64,000 bases of DNA from Acutalibacteraceae bacterium (GTDB taxonomy: Bacteria > Bacillota > Clostridia > Oscillospirales > Acutalibacteraceae), in the NCBI GenBank assembly GCA_045603665.1, contig JAZUMO010000090.1:3503-67502 (forward strand), written 5' to 3'. A program made the position numbers and the translations under genes. Of this stretch, positions 52,609 through 62,474 are shown one piece after another. How positions within the stretch are numbered: position 1 is the stretch's first letter; each line of letters opens with the position of its first letter. Under the pieces are notes generated by a model, which saw only the letters and a list, made by a program, of their open reading frames with translations, was not told the origin of the DNA and searched no databases.

Positions 52609-53226
52609 TTATTTGCCTTCCTTGGAAAATCTTTCCTTGAACTGACGGAAGGTTTCAGGCATATAGCTTGCAAAAGCAACGATTGTCATAACAGCGCAGA
52701 TAACAACGATAGCACCTGTTATAAAGTTAGGAAGAATGAAGTACTGACTGAATGCACCGACCTCGGGTCCAAAGAGAAGAATGATTACCATTCCGACATA
52801 GAAGAAAACAGTTGCAAGCTTGCCGTAAATTTCAGCAGCGCCGGGTCTGATGCCGAAAAGAAGCATTACAAGACCGCCGATGAGCATAATAGCTTCCTTG
52901 GCAAGGAAAACGATAAACACATAACCGAAGGCCTTCATAAAGGGATCGTTGGCTGTGTGGAATTCGATAAGAAGAATAACAGCGATTGTAATCTGCTGAA
53001 TTTTGTCTGCAACGGGGTCAAGGATTTTGCCCAGTGCACTTACCTGGTTGAACTTTCTTGCAATCTGGCCGTCGAAGGTATCGGAAAGAGCAGAAACAGC
53101 AAGAATGATAACTGCGGGAATTTTAACATCAGTTACAAAAAGATAAGCAATTACGGGAGTAAGAAGAATTCTCGTAAATGATAAAAAGTTAGGGATAGTT
53201 GCCCAGCCTTTAAATAAATCTTTCAT
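52609..53226 (-). CDS. pgsA: CDP-diacylglycerol--glycerol-3-phosphate 3-phosphatidyltransferase (CDP-alcohol phosphatidyltransferase family)
   Basis: DTFDGQIARKFNQVSALGKILDPVADK matches D-x2-DG-x2-AR-x8-G-x3-D-x3-D. Polytopic. Confidence 0.8.
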   Translation of the reverse strand: MKDLFKGWATIPNFLSFTRILLTPVIAYLFVTDVKIPAVIILAVSALSDTFDGQIARKFNQVSALGKILDPVADKIQQITIAVILLIEFHTANDPFMKAFGYVFIVFLAKEAIMLIGGLVMLLFGIRPGAAEIYGKLATVFFYVGMVIILLFGPEVGAFSQYFILPNFITGAIVVICAVMTIVAFASYMPETFRQFKERFSKEGK

Positions 53227-53246
53227 CTTATTTTACCTCGCTTTTT

Positions 53247-53957
53247 TTATTTTAATACTGCGCCGCTTAAGGACGACATAATTTCCTGAGCCGAAGAAAC
53301 AATAACCGAATTATTTACAGCTTCAATTATTGTCTCGTTTCCGATAAAGCTTACAACCGTACCGAGAAGCATCGATACAATCAATACGGTAATAAGACCT
53401 CTGAGAATGCCGATAACCACGCCTAGTCCCTTGTTGAGACTCTTGACCACGGGAAGTCTTTTGATGATAAAATCAAGAAGCTTTACAACTATTTTAAGAA
53501 CAATTGTAATTACAACGGCCAAAATAACGAAAAGAACAAACTGAATAATAGCCGTGCCGACGGGTGTTACGATGTTTTCCATTATGTTATCGACAAGATT
53601 TCCCTGAGCAAGGTCAGATGCAGCAAGCTTATCAAGAACAGCCTGCTTGTCAATACCGATAAAGCTCATTATTCCGTTAAAGGAATCGGGTATTGAATTG
53701 ATTGCGTTTTCAACCTGTGCACCGTAATCAGTAGTCCCTGCAGTACCGAGAGTATTGGTAAGTGTTGCTTTTGCAGGCTCTCTTATAAACATTTCAAAGC
53801 CCTTCGGTGCAAGAGAAGCAGATGCAATTCTTGCCGCTAAAATAGCAACTAAAGTACCGATCAGGTCGAACAGACTTTTGAAAAAGCCTTTTTTATAAGA
53901 GACAATAACAGTGATAAGAAAAACCGCAATAATAATTATATCAACTATGTATGTCAT
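53247..53957 (-). CDS. CvpA-family membrane protein
   Basis: N-terminal DIIIIAVFLITVIVSYKKGFFKSLFDLIG pattern typical of CvpA/colicin V production proteins. 236 aa, 4 helices. Confidence 0.65.
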   Translation of the reverse strand: MTYIVDIIIIAVFLITVIVSYKKGFFKSLFDLIGTLVAILAARIASASLAPKGFEMFIREPAKATLTNTLGTAGTTDYGAQVENAINSIPDSFNGIMSFIGIDKQAVLDKLAASDLAQGNLVDNIMENIVTPVGTAIIQFVLFVILAVVITIVLKIVVKLLDFIIKRLPVVKSLNKGLGVVIGILRGLITVLIVSMLLGTVVSFIGNETIIEAVNNSVIVSSAQEIMSSLSGAVLK

Positions 53958-54020
53958 TAAATGCCTCCTGAATAAATTTTTATTATTGTATCACATTAAG
54001 CTTAAATAAACAATAGAAAT

Positions 54021-55250
54021 TTAACTGTTTATATCAATATGACCTGTTGAATGATAATAAAGCCTGCTTTTACAAATCACCAGCCCTTCACCGGAGATTT
54101 CCTTGGAGCCAACGGGAGAAAAGCTTCCTTCGGATCCGGATTCATATATCGCCTTATCGGAAAGGAAATAAACCTTCTTTCCTCGACAGATAACATCGAT
54201 GACCTCTTCATCAGTGAAACCTACATAAATTATCTCATTGTTTTTATTATATACGCAAATTTCCTTTTGTGAAATCGAGCCGACTTTATCGCTGACAATT
54301 ACCGTGTTTCCGCTTGAATCGGAATAAAAAGAGTCTGCTGATTCGGAAATAGGTATATGCTCGTCCTTGACGGCGTTGCCTCTGAAGGTGAATATACTGC
54401 GGCTGTTGTTAGTTGTAACCACAGCCTTTCTGCCGACAAGTCTTACATCAACAACTGCACTGTCATCAATTCTGAACTCATAGGGTTCCTTTTCGGAATA
54501 GGTTTCAAGTCTGTAAAGCTTTGAATAAACTGAGCCGTTTTCCGAGCCGACGGTACCGCAGATAATTTCCCTTCCGTCATCGGAAAGGTCAACTGTCACA
54601 CCGTATTCCTCAGCACATGCCCAGATGTAAAGCACCTCGCCCTTTTTGTCAGTCAAAGACACTCTGCAGGCGGCATCGTCGCTTTTCGTAACAAGACAGA
54701 CATCGCCGTTATTATTGATTTTCGCAGTTATTATATGCTTTTTATTTTCGCTTTCGCCCTCATAGATTACACCCTTTTCATTAAAGATGAAATACTTCGA
54801 GGAGCCTCTGTCATAAACGAGACCGTATCTTTCACTGACGGTCATATCGGGATTTGTAAAGGTAAAAATACGGTTGTATTTAACCTTACCTCTGTCGGAA
54901 ACACAGGTAAGAATCTTTTTACCGAGAACAAAAATTCTCGACGAAAAGGATTCAACTCTTATAATATCGTTATTTGAAAAGGTAACGGGAAAACCCATTT
55001 CATCGGCACTGACCGTCGAAAGAAGCTCACTGTTTTCCGAGGAAACCTTGTCATTCTCGAGAACCTTATCCGATGAAAACACAAGAGCACCGAGGATTAT
55101 AAGCAAAGCTGTAAGTGCAACAATGCCTATAAGAACGATTACGTTACCCTCGTTCTTTTTCTTTTTTCTTCTTTTAGGCTGAGACCTTGTTCTCTGCGGT
55201 CTTTTCTGACCGTTTTTCATTTCTTTTGTCATATTTATCTCCTGTATCAA
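54021..55250 (-). CDS. Membrane-anchored hypothetical protein with repeat-rich (beta-propeller-like) ectodomain (DUF5711-like)
   Basis: Basic N-terminus (KRPQRTRSQPKRRKKKK), one TM segment, then a ~340-aa beta-rich region. The family name is from memory only. 4-nt overlap with truA. Confidence 0.55.
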   Translation of the reverse strand: MIQEINMTKEMKNGQKRPQRTRSQPKRRKKKKNEGNVIVLIGIVALTALLIILGALVFSSDKVLENDKVSSENSELLSTVSADEMGFPVTFSNNDIIRVESFSSRIFVLGKKILTCVSDRGKVKYNRIFTFTNPDMTVSERYGLVYDRGSSKYFIFNEKGVIYEGESENKKHIITAKINNNGDVCLVTKSDDAACRVSLTDKKGEVLYIWACAEEYGVTVDLSDDGREIICGTVGSENGSVYSKLYRLETYSEKEPYEFRIDDSAVVDVRLVGRKAVVTTNNSRSIFTFRGNAVKDEHIPISESADSFYSDSSGNTVIVSDKVGSISQKEICVYNKNNEIIYVGFTDEEVIDVICRGKKVYFLSDKAIYESGSEGSFSPVGSKEISGEGLVICKSRLYYHSTGHIDINS

Positions 55251-55984
55251 TAAAATACCTTATTAAGATAAAGGCCCTCCGGTTTTACGGTTAAACCCGC
55301 TCTTATTCTGTCCTTTGAAAGAATAATATCGGGGATGGTATCCTTTTCTATTTTTCCGCCGTTTATATAAAGGAGTGTGCCGACCATTATTCGCACCATA
55401 TTGTAAAGAAAGCCATCACCCGTAACGGAAAAGGTCACAAGATCCCCTTCCCTTTTTACGGAAAAATCCTTTATTGTTCTCACTGTATCCTTCACAACAC
55501 TTCCTGCAGCACAAAAGGCAGCAAAATCATGAGTGCCGATAAAACCCTTCGCCTGGGCATCAAGAAGCTTTTCATCAAGGTCATAGGGATAAAAGAGAGA
55601 ATATCTTTGCATAAAGGGGTTGCCCGTCTTTCCGTTCCAAACCTTATAGATGTATTCCTTTCCCTTGCAGTCAAAACGGGAATGAAAGCCAAGAGGTACG
55701 TATTCGCATCCGAAAACTCTTATATCCACGGGGAGCTGTGAATTCATGCCGAGAATTATTTTATCCTCGGCTCTTTCACCGTCAAAACGGAAGTTACAGC
55801 AAAATTCATTAGCGTGTACTCCGCTGTCGGTACGGCTGCAGCCGTTAACGGATATTTTCTGTGCAAAGATTTTTTCCGCCGCACGGGTCACACATTCCTG
55901 AACACTTATTGCATTTTCCTGCATCTGCCAGCCGTGATAATCCGTTCCGTCATAGGTAATAAACAGCCTTACATTTTTTTCCAT
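55247..55984 (-). CDS. truA: tRNA pseudouridine(38-40) synthase
   Basis: GCSRTDSGVHA catalytic-Asp motif, 245 aa, classical position after ecfT. Confidence 0.92.
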   Translation of the reverse strand: MEKNVRLFITYDGTDYHGWQMQENAISVQECVTRAAEKIFAQKISVNGCSRTDSGVHANEFCCNFRFDGERAEDKIILGMNSQLPVDIRVFGCEYVPLGFHSRFDCKGKEYIYKVWNGKTGNPFMQRYSLFYPYDLDEKLLDAQAKGFIGTHDFAAFCAAGSVVKDTVRTIKDFSVKREGDLVTFSVTGDGFLYNMVRIMVGTLLYINGGKIEKDTIPDIILSKDRIRAGLTVKPEGLYLNKVFY

Positions 55985-55985
55985 T

Positions 55986-56801
55986 TTATATTACCACACC
56001 AAAAAATTTATTTAAAGCAATCACTCCGCCGAGAGCTGCAGCAAAAACAAACAGTGCCGCAAAGTCCGTCGGGTGAAGCTTCATCTGCTTCATTCTTGTT
56101 CTGCCCTCACCGCCCGTATAGCATCGGCAATTCATTGCGAAGGCAAGCTCATAGGCTCTTCGGAAGGCAGAAACGAAAAGAGGAATAAGCACAGGAACGA
56201 GAGCCTTTGCTCTGTCGGTGAAGCTTCCGTTTTCAAAATCTGCTCCCCTCGCCTTCTGGGCATTCATTATTCTCTCAATCTCTTCAATAAGAGTGGGAAT
56301 AAAGCGAAGAGCAAGAGTCATCATCATAGCAAGAGTATGAACCTGGATATGAAAGATTTTAAGGGGTGAAAGAAGCTTTTCAATGGCATCGGTAAGCATT
56401 GTCGGTACGGTGGTATAGGTAAGAATGGAGCTGCTCATTATAAGAAGCACAATTCTTATTGCCATAAATACCGCAGTAAAGACACCCTTTGAGGTGATTT
56501 TCACAAAGCCGAGGGAAATAAGCTCTGTTCCGCCGCCGATATAAAAGATGTTTATTACAGCAGTAAAAAGCACTATAGGAATAATAGGCTTAAGGCTTTT
56601 GAAAAACATTTTAAAGGGCACCTTTGACATTAAAATTGATGCCGTAAGAAGCGCCGCTGTCAATAAAAGAGAGTAAAAGTTTTTGCACATAAAAATTATT
56701 ACTACGAAAAGCACGGTAATAATGATTTTTATGCGGGGGTCCATTTTGTGGACAAAGGAATCACCCTTATAATACTGACCGATTGTGATGTCGGAAATCA
56801 T
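55986..56801 (-). CDS. ecfT: Energy-coupling factor transporter transmembrane subunit
   Basis: 271 aa, polytopic. ARG..F...S (AxxxA/RG coupling-helix region: NAQKARGADFENG). Follows two ECF ATPase genes. Confidence 0.9.
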   Translation of the reverse strand: MISDITIGQYYKGDSFVHKMDPRIKIIITVLFVVIIFMCKNFYSLLLTAALLTASILMSKVPFKMFFKSLKPIIPIVLFTAVINIFYIGGGTELISLGFVKITSKGVFTAVFMAIRIVLLIMSSSILTYTTVPTMLTDAIEKLLSPLKIFHIQVHTLAMMMTLALRFIPTLIEEIERIMNAQKARGADFENGSFTDRAKALVPVLIPLFVSAFRRAYELAFAMNCRCYTGGEGRTRMKQMKLHPTDFAALFVFAAALGGVIALNKFFGVVI

Positions 56802-57667
56802 CAGCTGTTACCCCCTTTCAAAAGAGAAACAAGCTCATCTCTCGCTTTTTCGAGGGTATATACATCTGTTTTCACATCATAGCCTTTTTCTCTGAGCTTA
56901 AGGAAAAGTGAGGTCAGAACAGGAATATTGAGTCCCATACCCTTTAACTCCTCACTGTGGGAGAAAACACCGTCAACAGTGTCGTAATAAGCAAGTCTTG
57001 ATTCGTTCATCACAAGAACCTTTGTAGCAATTTTTGAAATATCCTCCATACTGTGAGAAACCACAAGAACCGTGCTACCCGTATTTTCGCGGTAATCGCT
57101 GATAAGAGAAAGAACAGTATCTCTTCCCTTCGGGTCAAGACCTGCGCAGGGCTCATCAAGAATAAGCACATCGGGCTCCATAGCCATAACACCGGCTATG
57201 GCAACTCTTCTTTTTTCGCCGCCCGAAAGGTCAAAAGGAGATTTATCAAGATAGGATTCATCGAGACCTACAAAGCGTATAACACTTTTTACCCTGCGGT
57301 CGATTTCATTTCCATCGAGCTTCATATTTGTCGGCCCGAAAGCTATATCCTTATAGACCGTTTCCTCGAAAAGCTGATATTCCGGGTACTGAAAGCAGAT
57401 ACCCACACGGAAGCGGACATTACGGATTTTACTTTTATCCTCCCATATATCCTTTCCGTCAAGAAGGACAGTACCCGAGGTACCCTTGAGAAGGCCGTTA
57501 AAATGCTGAATAAGGGTGCTTTTACCTGAGCCTGTATGGCCAATTATGCCCACAAGCTCACCCTTTTCGATTTTAAGGCTTATATCCCTGATTGCATCAA
57601 CCTGGGATGTGGTACCCTTTGAATAAACATGGGTAAGATCTTTTGTTTCTAAAATTGAAATGCTCAA
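56801..57667 (-). CDS. ecfA2: ECF transporter ATPase subunit A2
   Basis: Walker A GHTGSGKST, signature LSGGEKRR, Walker B ILDEP. 288 aa. Confidence 0.9.
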   Translation of the reverse strand: MSISILETKDLTHVYSKGTTSQVDAIRDISLKIEKGELVGIIGHTGSGKSTLIQHFNGLLKGTSGTVLLDGKDIWEDKSKIRNVRFRVGICFQYPEYQLFEETVYKDIAFGPTNMKLDGNEIDRRVKSVIRFVGLDESYLDKSPFDLSGGEKRRVAIAGVMAMEPDVLILDEPCAGLDPKGRDTVLSLISDYRENTGSTVLVVSHSMEDISKIATKVLVMNESRLAYYDTVDGVFSHSEELKGMGLNIPVLTSLFLKLREKGYDVKTDVYTLEKARDELVSLLKGGNS

Positions 57668-58518
57668 TTTTTGTCCTCCATCAGTTTTTCTATATAAGAA
57701 AACAATTCGTCAATGTCAAGTATGTCCTCGGGCAGATCAATACCCTTTTCAATAAGCATACGGGTAAGCTCCGTTGCCTCAGGCACGTCAAGGCCGATGT
57801 TTTTCAGAGTGTCAATATGGGTAAAAATCGACTTAGGCTTTCCGTCAAGGACGATTTTCCCCTTATCCATAACGATAACACGGTTTGCCTTTACAGCCTC
57901 GTCCATATAATGAGTGATGAAAATTACAGTTATTCCATATTCCTCATTAAGGCGTTTAACCGTTGCCATAACCTCACGGCGGCCTCTCGGGTCAAGCATA
58001 GCTGTCGGCTCATCGAGGACAATGCAATCAGGCTTCATTGCAATAATGCCCGCAATGGCAACTCTTTGCTTCTGTCCGCCCGAAAGCTTATGAGGCTCAA
58101 AATTACGGAATTCATACATACCGACATTTTTTAGTGCTTCGTCGACTCTCCGTCTTATTTCTGCCGGCTCAACCCCTAAGTTTTCGGGGCCGAAGGCAAC
58201 ATCGTCCTCAACGATTGTTGCTACAATCTGGTTGTCGGGATTCTGGAAAACCATACCGACTCTTTGTCTTATATCATAAAGTCTGTCTTCGTCGGCGGTA
58301 TCGATACCGTCAATATAAACCTTGCCCTGCTGAGGCACCAATATTGCATTGCAGAGCTTTGCAAGGGTAGATTTTCCGCAGCCGTTATGACCTAAAACAG
58401 CAACAAAATCTCCCTTTTCGATTTTAAGATTCATATTTTCAATAACATTCTCTGCCTGAAGGCTTTCTTCCTCCTCATAGGCAAAGGTAACGCTGTCGAA
58501 ATCAATAAAGCTTTTCAT
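57664..58518 (-). CDS. ecfA1: ECF transporter ATPase subunit A1
   Basis: Walker A GHNGCGKST, signature LSGGQKQR, Walker B VLDEP. 284 aa. Confidence 0.9.
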   Translation of the reverse strand: MKSFIDFDSVTFAYEEEESLQAENVIENMNLKIEKGDFVAVLGHNGCGKSTLAKLCNAILVPQQGKVYIDGIDTADEDRLYDIRQRVGMVFQNPDNQIVATIVEDDVAFGPENLGVEPAEIRRRVDEALKNVGMYEFRNFEPHKLSGGQKQRVAIAGIIAMKPDCIVLDEPTAMLDPRGRREVMATVKRLNEEYGITVIFITHYMDEAVKANRVIVMDKGKIVLDGKPKSIFTHIDTLKNIGLDVPEATELTRMLIEKGIDLPEDILDIDELFSYIEKLMEDKN

Positions 58519-58527
58519 AATAACCTC

Positions 58528-59391
58528 TTATTTTTCCCATATGGCTGAAGCGCCGCAGGGAAGAATCATACCTGTCTCCGTCACGGGAAGACCGATTTCC
58601 GAAGAAGATATTCTGCCGCCGAATTTAGTTTTTACAACGGCACCTAAAATATATTCCATAACCGAGGAGGAAAGACCTGTGGTATAGGAATTGATGAGCA
58701 TCATAAGGGAATCCTCATATAAAAGCTCACTGCAAAGCTCAACAAGACCGTAAACCTCATCCTCAAGCTTCCACACCTCACCGCCGGGACCTCTGCCGTA
58801 GGAGGGAGGATCCATAATAATTATGTCGTACTTATTGCCTCTGCGGATTTCTCTTTGAACAAACTTCACACAGTCGTCAACAATCCATCTCACGCTTCCG
58901 TCGGCAACACCCGAGGAAACGGCATTTTCCTTTGCCCAGGCTACCATACCCTTTGAAGCATCAACATGTACAACCTGTGCGTTTTCACTGAGAGGGGCAA
59001 TTGTGGCGCCACCCGTATATGCAAAGAGATTGAGGACCTTGACAGGTCTTCCTGCCTTACGGATAATCTCTCTCGTATAATCCCAGTTTACTGCCTGCTC
59101 GGGGAAAAGTCCCGTATGCTTGAAGCCCATTGTTTTGATATTGAAGATAAGGTCCTTATATTTTATGCTCCAGAAGGGAGGCATTTTGCTTCTCACATCC
59201 CATGCACCGCCGCCTGACTTTGAACGGTGGTAATAGGCATTTGCCTTTTTCCATAAGGGATTGGTTTTCGGTGTTTTCCATATAACCTGGGGGTCAGGTC
59301 TTACAAGGATAATATCGCCCCATCTTTCAAGGCGTTCACCCGATGAGCAGTCGATAAGCTCATAATCTTTCCAGTCTTTTGTATATCTCAT
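58528..59391 (-). CDS. Class I SAM-dependent (RlmI/RlmK-like) RNA methyltransferase
   Basis: VLNLFAYTGGATIA (motif I) and IIMDPPSYGRGP (motif IV, DPPxF/Y-like). 287 aa. Confidence 0.75.
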   Translation of the reverse strand: MRYTKDWKDYELIDCSSGERLERWGDIILVRPDPQVIWKTPKTNPLWKKANAYYHRSKSGGGAWDVRSKMPPFWSIKYKDLIFNIKTMGFKHTGLFPEQAVNWDYTREIIRKAGRPVKVLNLFAYTGGATIAPLSENAQVVHVDASKGMVAWAKENAVSSGVADGSVRWIVDDCVKFVQREIRRGNKYDIIIMDPPSYGRGPGGEVWKLEDEVYGLVELCSELLYEDSLMMLINSYTTGLSSSVMEYILGAVVKTKFGGRISSSEIGLPVTETGMILPCGASAIWEK

Positions 59392-59410
59392 AATTGAAGG
59401 TTATTCTCCC

Positions 59411-60430
59411 TTAAAACAATTTTTGCTGTCCCGGCATAGGGATTCCTAAATGCTCATAGGCTGCAGCTGTTGCTACTCTGCCTCTCGGTGTTCTGCCTAA
59501 AAAGCCTATCTGCATAAGATAAGGCTCGTAAACATCCTCGATGGTTATCGCCTCTTCACCGATAGCCGCCGCAATGGTTTCAAGACCTACAGGGCCGCCG
59601 CCGTAATTTTTTATCATAGTTTCAAGTAAAAGTCTGTCAATTGAGTCGAGACCGATATGGTCAATTTCCATTTTGCTCAGAGCCATATCTGCGCTTTCCT
59701 CGTCAATTATGCCGTTGCCGACAACCTGGGCGAAGTCTCTCGCTCTTTTGAGAAGTCGGTTTGCAATACGTGGTGTGCCTCTTGAACGGGAAGCAATTTC
59801 AAGTGCTCCGTATTTTTCGATGTCAATTCCGAGAATGCCCGCACTTCTTGTAACAATCTGTGCAAGCTCTCCGGGTGTATAAAGCTCGAGACGCAAAATC
59901 ACACCGAAGCGGTCGCGAAGAGGCGCCGAAAGCTGACCTGCTCTCGTTGTGGCACCGACAAGAGTAAATTTCGGAAGATCGAGTCTTATGGAGCGTGCCG
60001 AGGGGCCCTTGCCGATGATAATATCAAGAGCGTTATCCTCCATAGCCGGATAAAGCACCTCTTCAACGCTGCGGTTGAGACGGTGAATTTCGTCGATGAA
60101 AAGCACGTCGCCCTCATTGAGATTGGTAAGAAGCGCCGCAAGGTCACCCTGCTTTTCAATGGCAGGTCCCGAGGTAACACGGAAATTGACATTCATCTCG
60201 TTGGCAATGATGCCCGCAAGAGTTGTCTTACCGAGTCCCGGAGGGCCGTAAAGAAGCACGTGGTCAAGACTTTCGCCTCTTTCCCTTGCCGCTTTGATGT
60301 ATATTTCAAGATTTTCCTTTGCCTTTTCCTGTCCGATGTAATCAGTGAGTATCTTCGGTCTCAGAGAGGTTTCGATATCGCTGTCAAAGGAGGTAAGGTC
60401 AGGAGCTATGATTCTTTCTTCGTTATCCAT
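59411..60430 (-). CDS. ruvB: Holliday junction branch migration ATPase RuvB
   Basis: [24 protein letters not shown]. Confidence 0.95.
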   Translation of the reverse strand: MDNEERIIAPDLTSFDSDIETSLRPKILTDYIGQEKAKENLEIYIKAARERGESLDHVLLYGPPGLGKTTLAGIIANEMNVNFRVTSGPAIEKQGDLAALLTNLNEGDVLFIDEIHRLNRSVEEVLYPAMEDNALDIIIGKGPSARSIRLDLPKFTLVGATTRAGQLSAPLRDRFGVILRLELYTPGELAQIVTRSAGILGIDIEKYGALEIASRSRGTPRIANRLLKRARDFAQVVGNGIIDEESADMALSKMEIDHIGLDSIDRLLLETMIKNYGGGPVGLETIAAAIGEEAITIEDVYEPYLMQIGFLGRTPRGRVATAAAYEHLGIPMPGQQKLF

Positions 60431-60436
60431 TTTTTA

Positions 60437-61039
60437 TCACCCTAAAGATAATAATTTAAGTGCGCCCTTAATAAGATTTTCTGTTGAAAGGGAGCTATCA
60501 AGCTTACTGACAGCAACAGCCGCATCGGATTGGGTATAGCCGAGCATTGTAAGAGCAGCTATAGCCTCGCTTGTGTTTGGCATATCCCCTGCCGCCGAAA
60601 CGGCCCCTATATCGGCACTGCCCTCAGAAACGGGAGCAATACCCTTTACCTTGTCCTTGAGGTCAAGGATAATTCTTTGTGCAAGCTTGGGACCTACACC
60701 CTGAGCCTTTGTGATTGCCTTGGCATCGGAAGCGGAAATACAAAGAGCAAGTCTGTCGGGAGAAAGCTCGGAAAGGATGGCAAGAGCAGCCTTGGGGCCG
60801 ACACCGTTGACGGTGATGAGCATTTTGAACCAATCAAGCTCATATTCACTTTTGAAGCCGAAAAGGTCGAGAGCATCCTCTCTTACATTGAGATAGGTAT
60901 AAACCGTAATCTTTTCACCGGGTATCACCTCGGAAAGAGTGGCAAAGGAGCTTTGCAGACGGAAGGCAACCCCTCCGCATTCAACGGCAAATTCCGTAAG
61001 TCCCTTATAAACCACATTACCTGTCAAGCTGTAAAACAT
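60437..61039 (-). CDS. ruvA: Holliday junction DNA-binding protein RuvA
   Basis: MFYSLTGNV start, HhH motifs (VNGVGPKAALAIL; AQGVGPKLAQRI), C-terminal domain III. Confidence 0.93.
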   Translation of the reverse strand: MFYSLTGNVVYKGLTEFAVECGGVAFRLQSSFATLSEVIPGEKITVYTYLNVREDALDLFGFKSEYELDWFKMLITVNGVGPKAALAILSELSPDRLALCISASDAKAITKAQGVGPKLAQRIILDLKDKVKGIAPVSEGSADIGAVSAAGDMPNTSEAIAALTMLGYTQSDAAVAVSKLDSSLSTENLIKGALKLLSLG

Positions 61040-61040
61040 A

Positions 61041-61547
61041 TCAGATTCCCTTTCTTATCCTCATATTCTGCATAAGTGAGCCGCTTGCGTGGGCATGGCA
61101 TACAGCCATTGCAAGGGCGTCAGCCGTGTCGTCGGGTTTCGGCACCTTTTCAAGAGCAAGTATGCGCCTTATCATTTCCTGCACCTGCTTTTTTTCGGCT
61201 CTGCCGTAGCCGACAACGCTTTGCTTTACCTGAAGAGGTGTGTATTCGTAAGCGGTCAGACCCTTTTTCTGTGCGGCGAGCATTATAACACCTCTCGCCT
61301 GACTTACGTCGATAACCGTTTTTGCATTACTGTTATAAAAGACCTTTTCAATGGCCATTGCCTCGGGTGAATATTTTTCAATAATTGCCGTCAGCTCATC
61401 GTAAATAATTTCAAGTCTTTCATTAAAGGGTGTTTTTGCATCGGTGGTAATTGCACCGTAATCAATAACGGAAAAATGATTGTTACGGTAGCTGATAACA
61501 CCGTAACCGACTATTGCGTAACCCGGGTCAATTCCCAGAATAATCAT
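61041..61547 (-). CDS. ruvC: Crossover junction endodeoxyribonuclease RuvC
   Basis: MIILGIDPGYAIVGYG catalytic start. The track start at 61553 is TTG; ATG is at 61547. The acidic residues of the RNase H fold are present. Confidence 0.92.
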   Translation of the reverse strand: MIILGIDPGYAIVGYGVISYRNNHFSVIDYGAITTDAKTPFNERLEIIYDELTAIIEKYSPEAMAIEKVFYNSNAKTVIDVSQARGVIMLAAQKKGLTAYEYTPLQVKQSVVGYGRAEKKQVQEMIRRILALEKVPKPDDTADALAMAVCHAHASGSLMQNMRIRKGI

Positions 61548-61580
61548 AAACAAACACTACCTCACTATAATTATCAAGTT

Positions 61581-61609
61581 ATTATATCATACATTAATAA
61601 TTAAGACAA
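61581..61609 (-). promoter_or_regulatory. SigA-type promoter of the ruvCAB-ecf-truA unit
   Basis: Minus strand TTGTCT, 17 nt, TATAAT. Confidence 0.6.
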
Positions 61610-61630
61610 GAGAAAAAGGGTAAAAAGTGC

Positions 61631-61666
61631 AAAAAGAAAATAGGCAGTTTCATTGAACCGCCTATT
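61631..61666 (-). terminator. Rho-independent terminator after the 61696-62097 gene
   Basis: Minus strand AATAGGC-ggttcaatgaaact-GCCTATT followed by TTCTTTTT. Confidence 0.6.
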
Positions 61667-61695
61667 AAATGACTGATTGAACTCAGGAAAATTTT

Positions 61696-62097
61696 TCAGT
61701 TAAAGTCTACTTCACTAATCTTATTTTTAGTTCTGCTTTTGATACCGTATATTATTATATTCGGCACAACAAAAACCGAGCTTATTAAAAGTTCAACAGG
61801 AAACAAAAAAGTCATAATTACAACCACAACCACAGGCCAATGTTTAAACCCGATAGCCGATTTTATAATCATTGCAGTCATGAAAAAATTAAACCATCCT
61901 CCGGCAAAACTTCCGGACAATAAAGCTCTGAACAGCCAGACACCTATAGTATCCTTTTCAAGATCCATATTAATTATATGAATTTCACTTATGGGACGAC
62001 CAATCGCCAAAGATATAAACTCCGCCAGAAACATACACGAAAATGCAACAAGTAAGATTATGAATGCTTTTTTAAACATTTCGGAAGGAACTCTCAT
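61696..62097 (-). CDS. Hypothetical polytopic membrane protein
   Basis: The track start at 62106 is GTG within the RBS GAGGTG; ATG is at 62097. About 4 hydrophobic helices. I recognise no family. Confidence 0.55.
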   Translation of the reverse strand: MRVPSEMFKKAFIILLVAFSCMFLAEFISLAIGRPISEIHIINMDLEKDTIGVWLFRALLSGSFAGGWFNFFMTAMIIKSAIGFKHWPVVVVVIMTFLFPVELLISSVFVVPNIIIYGIKSRTKNKISEVDFN

Positions 62098-62115
62098 AGC
62101 TATCACCTCAGGCTC

Positions 62116-62144
62116 ATACTAACATAAAAAGAAACTACTGTCAA
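62116..62144 (-). promoter_or_regulatory. Candidate promoter of the 61696-62097 gene
   Basis: Minus strand TTGACA, 17 nt, TAGTAT. Confidence 0.55.
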
Positions 62145-62166
62145 TGAAAGGCGAAAAAACAATCAC

Positions 62167-62318
62167 TTACAATACTGCGGGTGTCCCGCCCACACTTATT
62201 CACTAATACTTCTTACCTATTACTTCGCCAAAAATTGACCCGAAGGAAAAGTGAATAGTGAATAGTAAAGAAGTAAAAAGTAAAATCAACAGCCTTCTGT
62301 CGAAGACTGTCGATTTTT
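62167..62318. repeat. Structured intergenic module, copy F (GTGAATA subtype) ending in the tRNA-Leu terminator
   Basis: TTACAA plus GC box TACTGCGGGTGTCCCGCCCAC. Left arm CTTATTCACTAATACTTCTTACCTATTACTTCGCC. Loop box AAAAATTGACCCGAAGG. Right arm AAAAGTGAATAGTGAATAGTAAAGAAGTAAAAAGTAAAA. Terminator AAAATCAACAG-ccttctgtcgaaga-CTGTCGATTTTT. Confidence 0.7.
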
Positions 62319-62404
62319 GGTGCCGGTGGCGGGGGTCGAACCCGCACGGTATCGCTACCAACGGATTTTGAGTCCGCCTCGTCTGCCAATTCCAACACAC
62401 CGGC
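62318..62404 (-). tRNA. tRNA-Leu (anticodon CAA), long variable arm
   Basis: Acceptor GCCGGTG/CACCGGC, anticodon loop CTCAAAA in stem GCGGA/TCCGT, variable arm TGGTAGCGATACCG, T-arm GCGGG-TTCGACC-CCCGC, encoded CCA. Confidence 0.88.
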
Positions 62405-62427
62405 GCACCGTGTAAAACACAATGGCT

Positions 62428-62456
62428 ATTATATATCAACCTTCATCCGTTGTCAA
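62428..62456 (-). promoter_or_regulatory. Consensus promoter of tRNA-Leu
   Basis: Minus strand TTGACA, 17 nt, TATAAT (perfect), about 23 nt upstream of the tRNA 5' end. Confidence 0.75.
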
Positions 62457-62474
62457 GATGTGAGGGAGATTTTA

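Noticed and set aside
52579-53181. 200-aa ORF on the + strand.
   Set aside because: It is antisense to pgsA, which carries the full CDP-alcohol phosphatidyltransferase motif. Its product is hydrophilic and low-complexity, with no RBS.
62203-62439. Track ORFs 62203..62439(-) and 62213..62422(-).
   Set aside because: They overlap tRNA-Leu and module F and are spurious.
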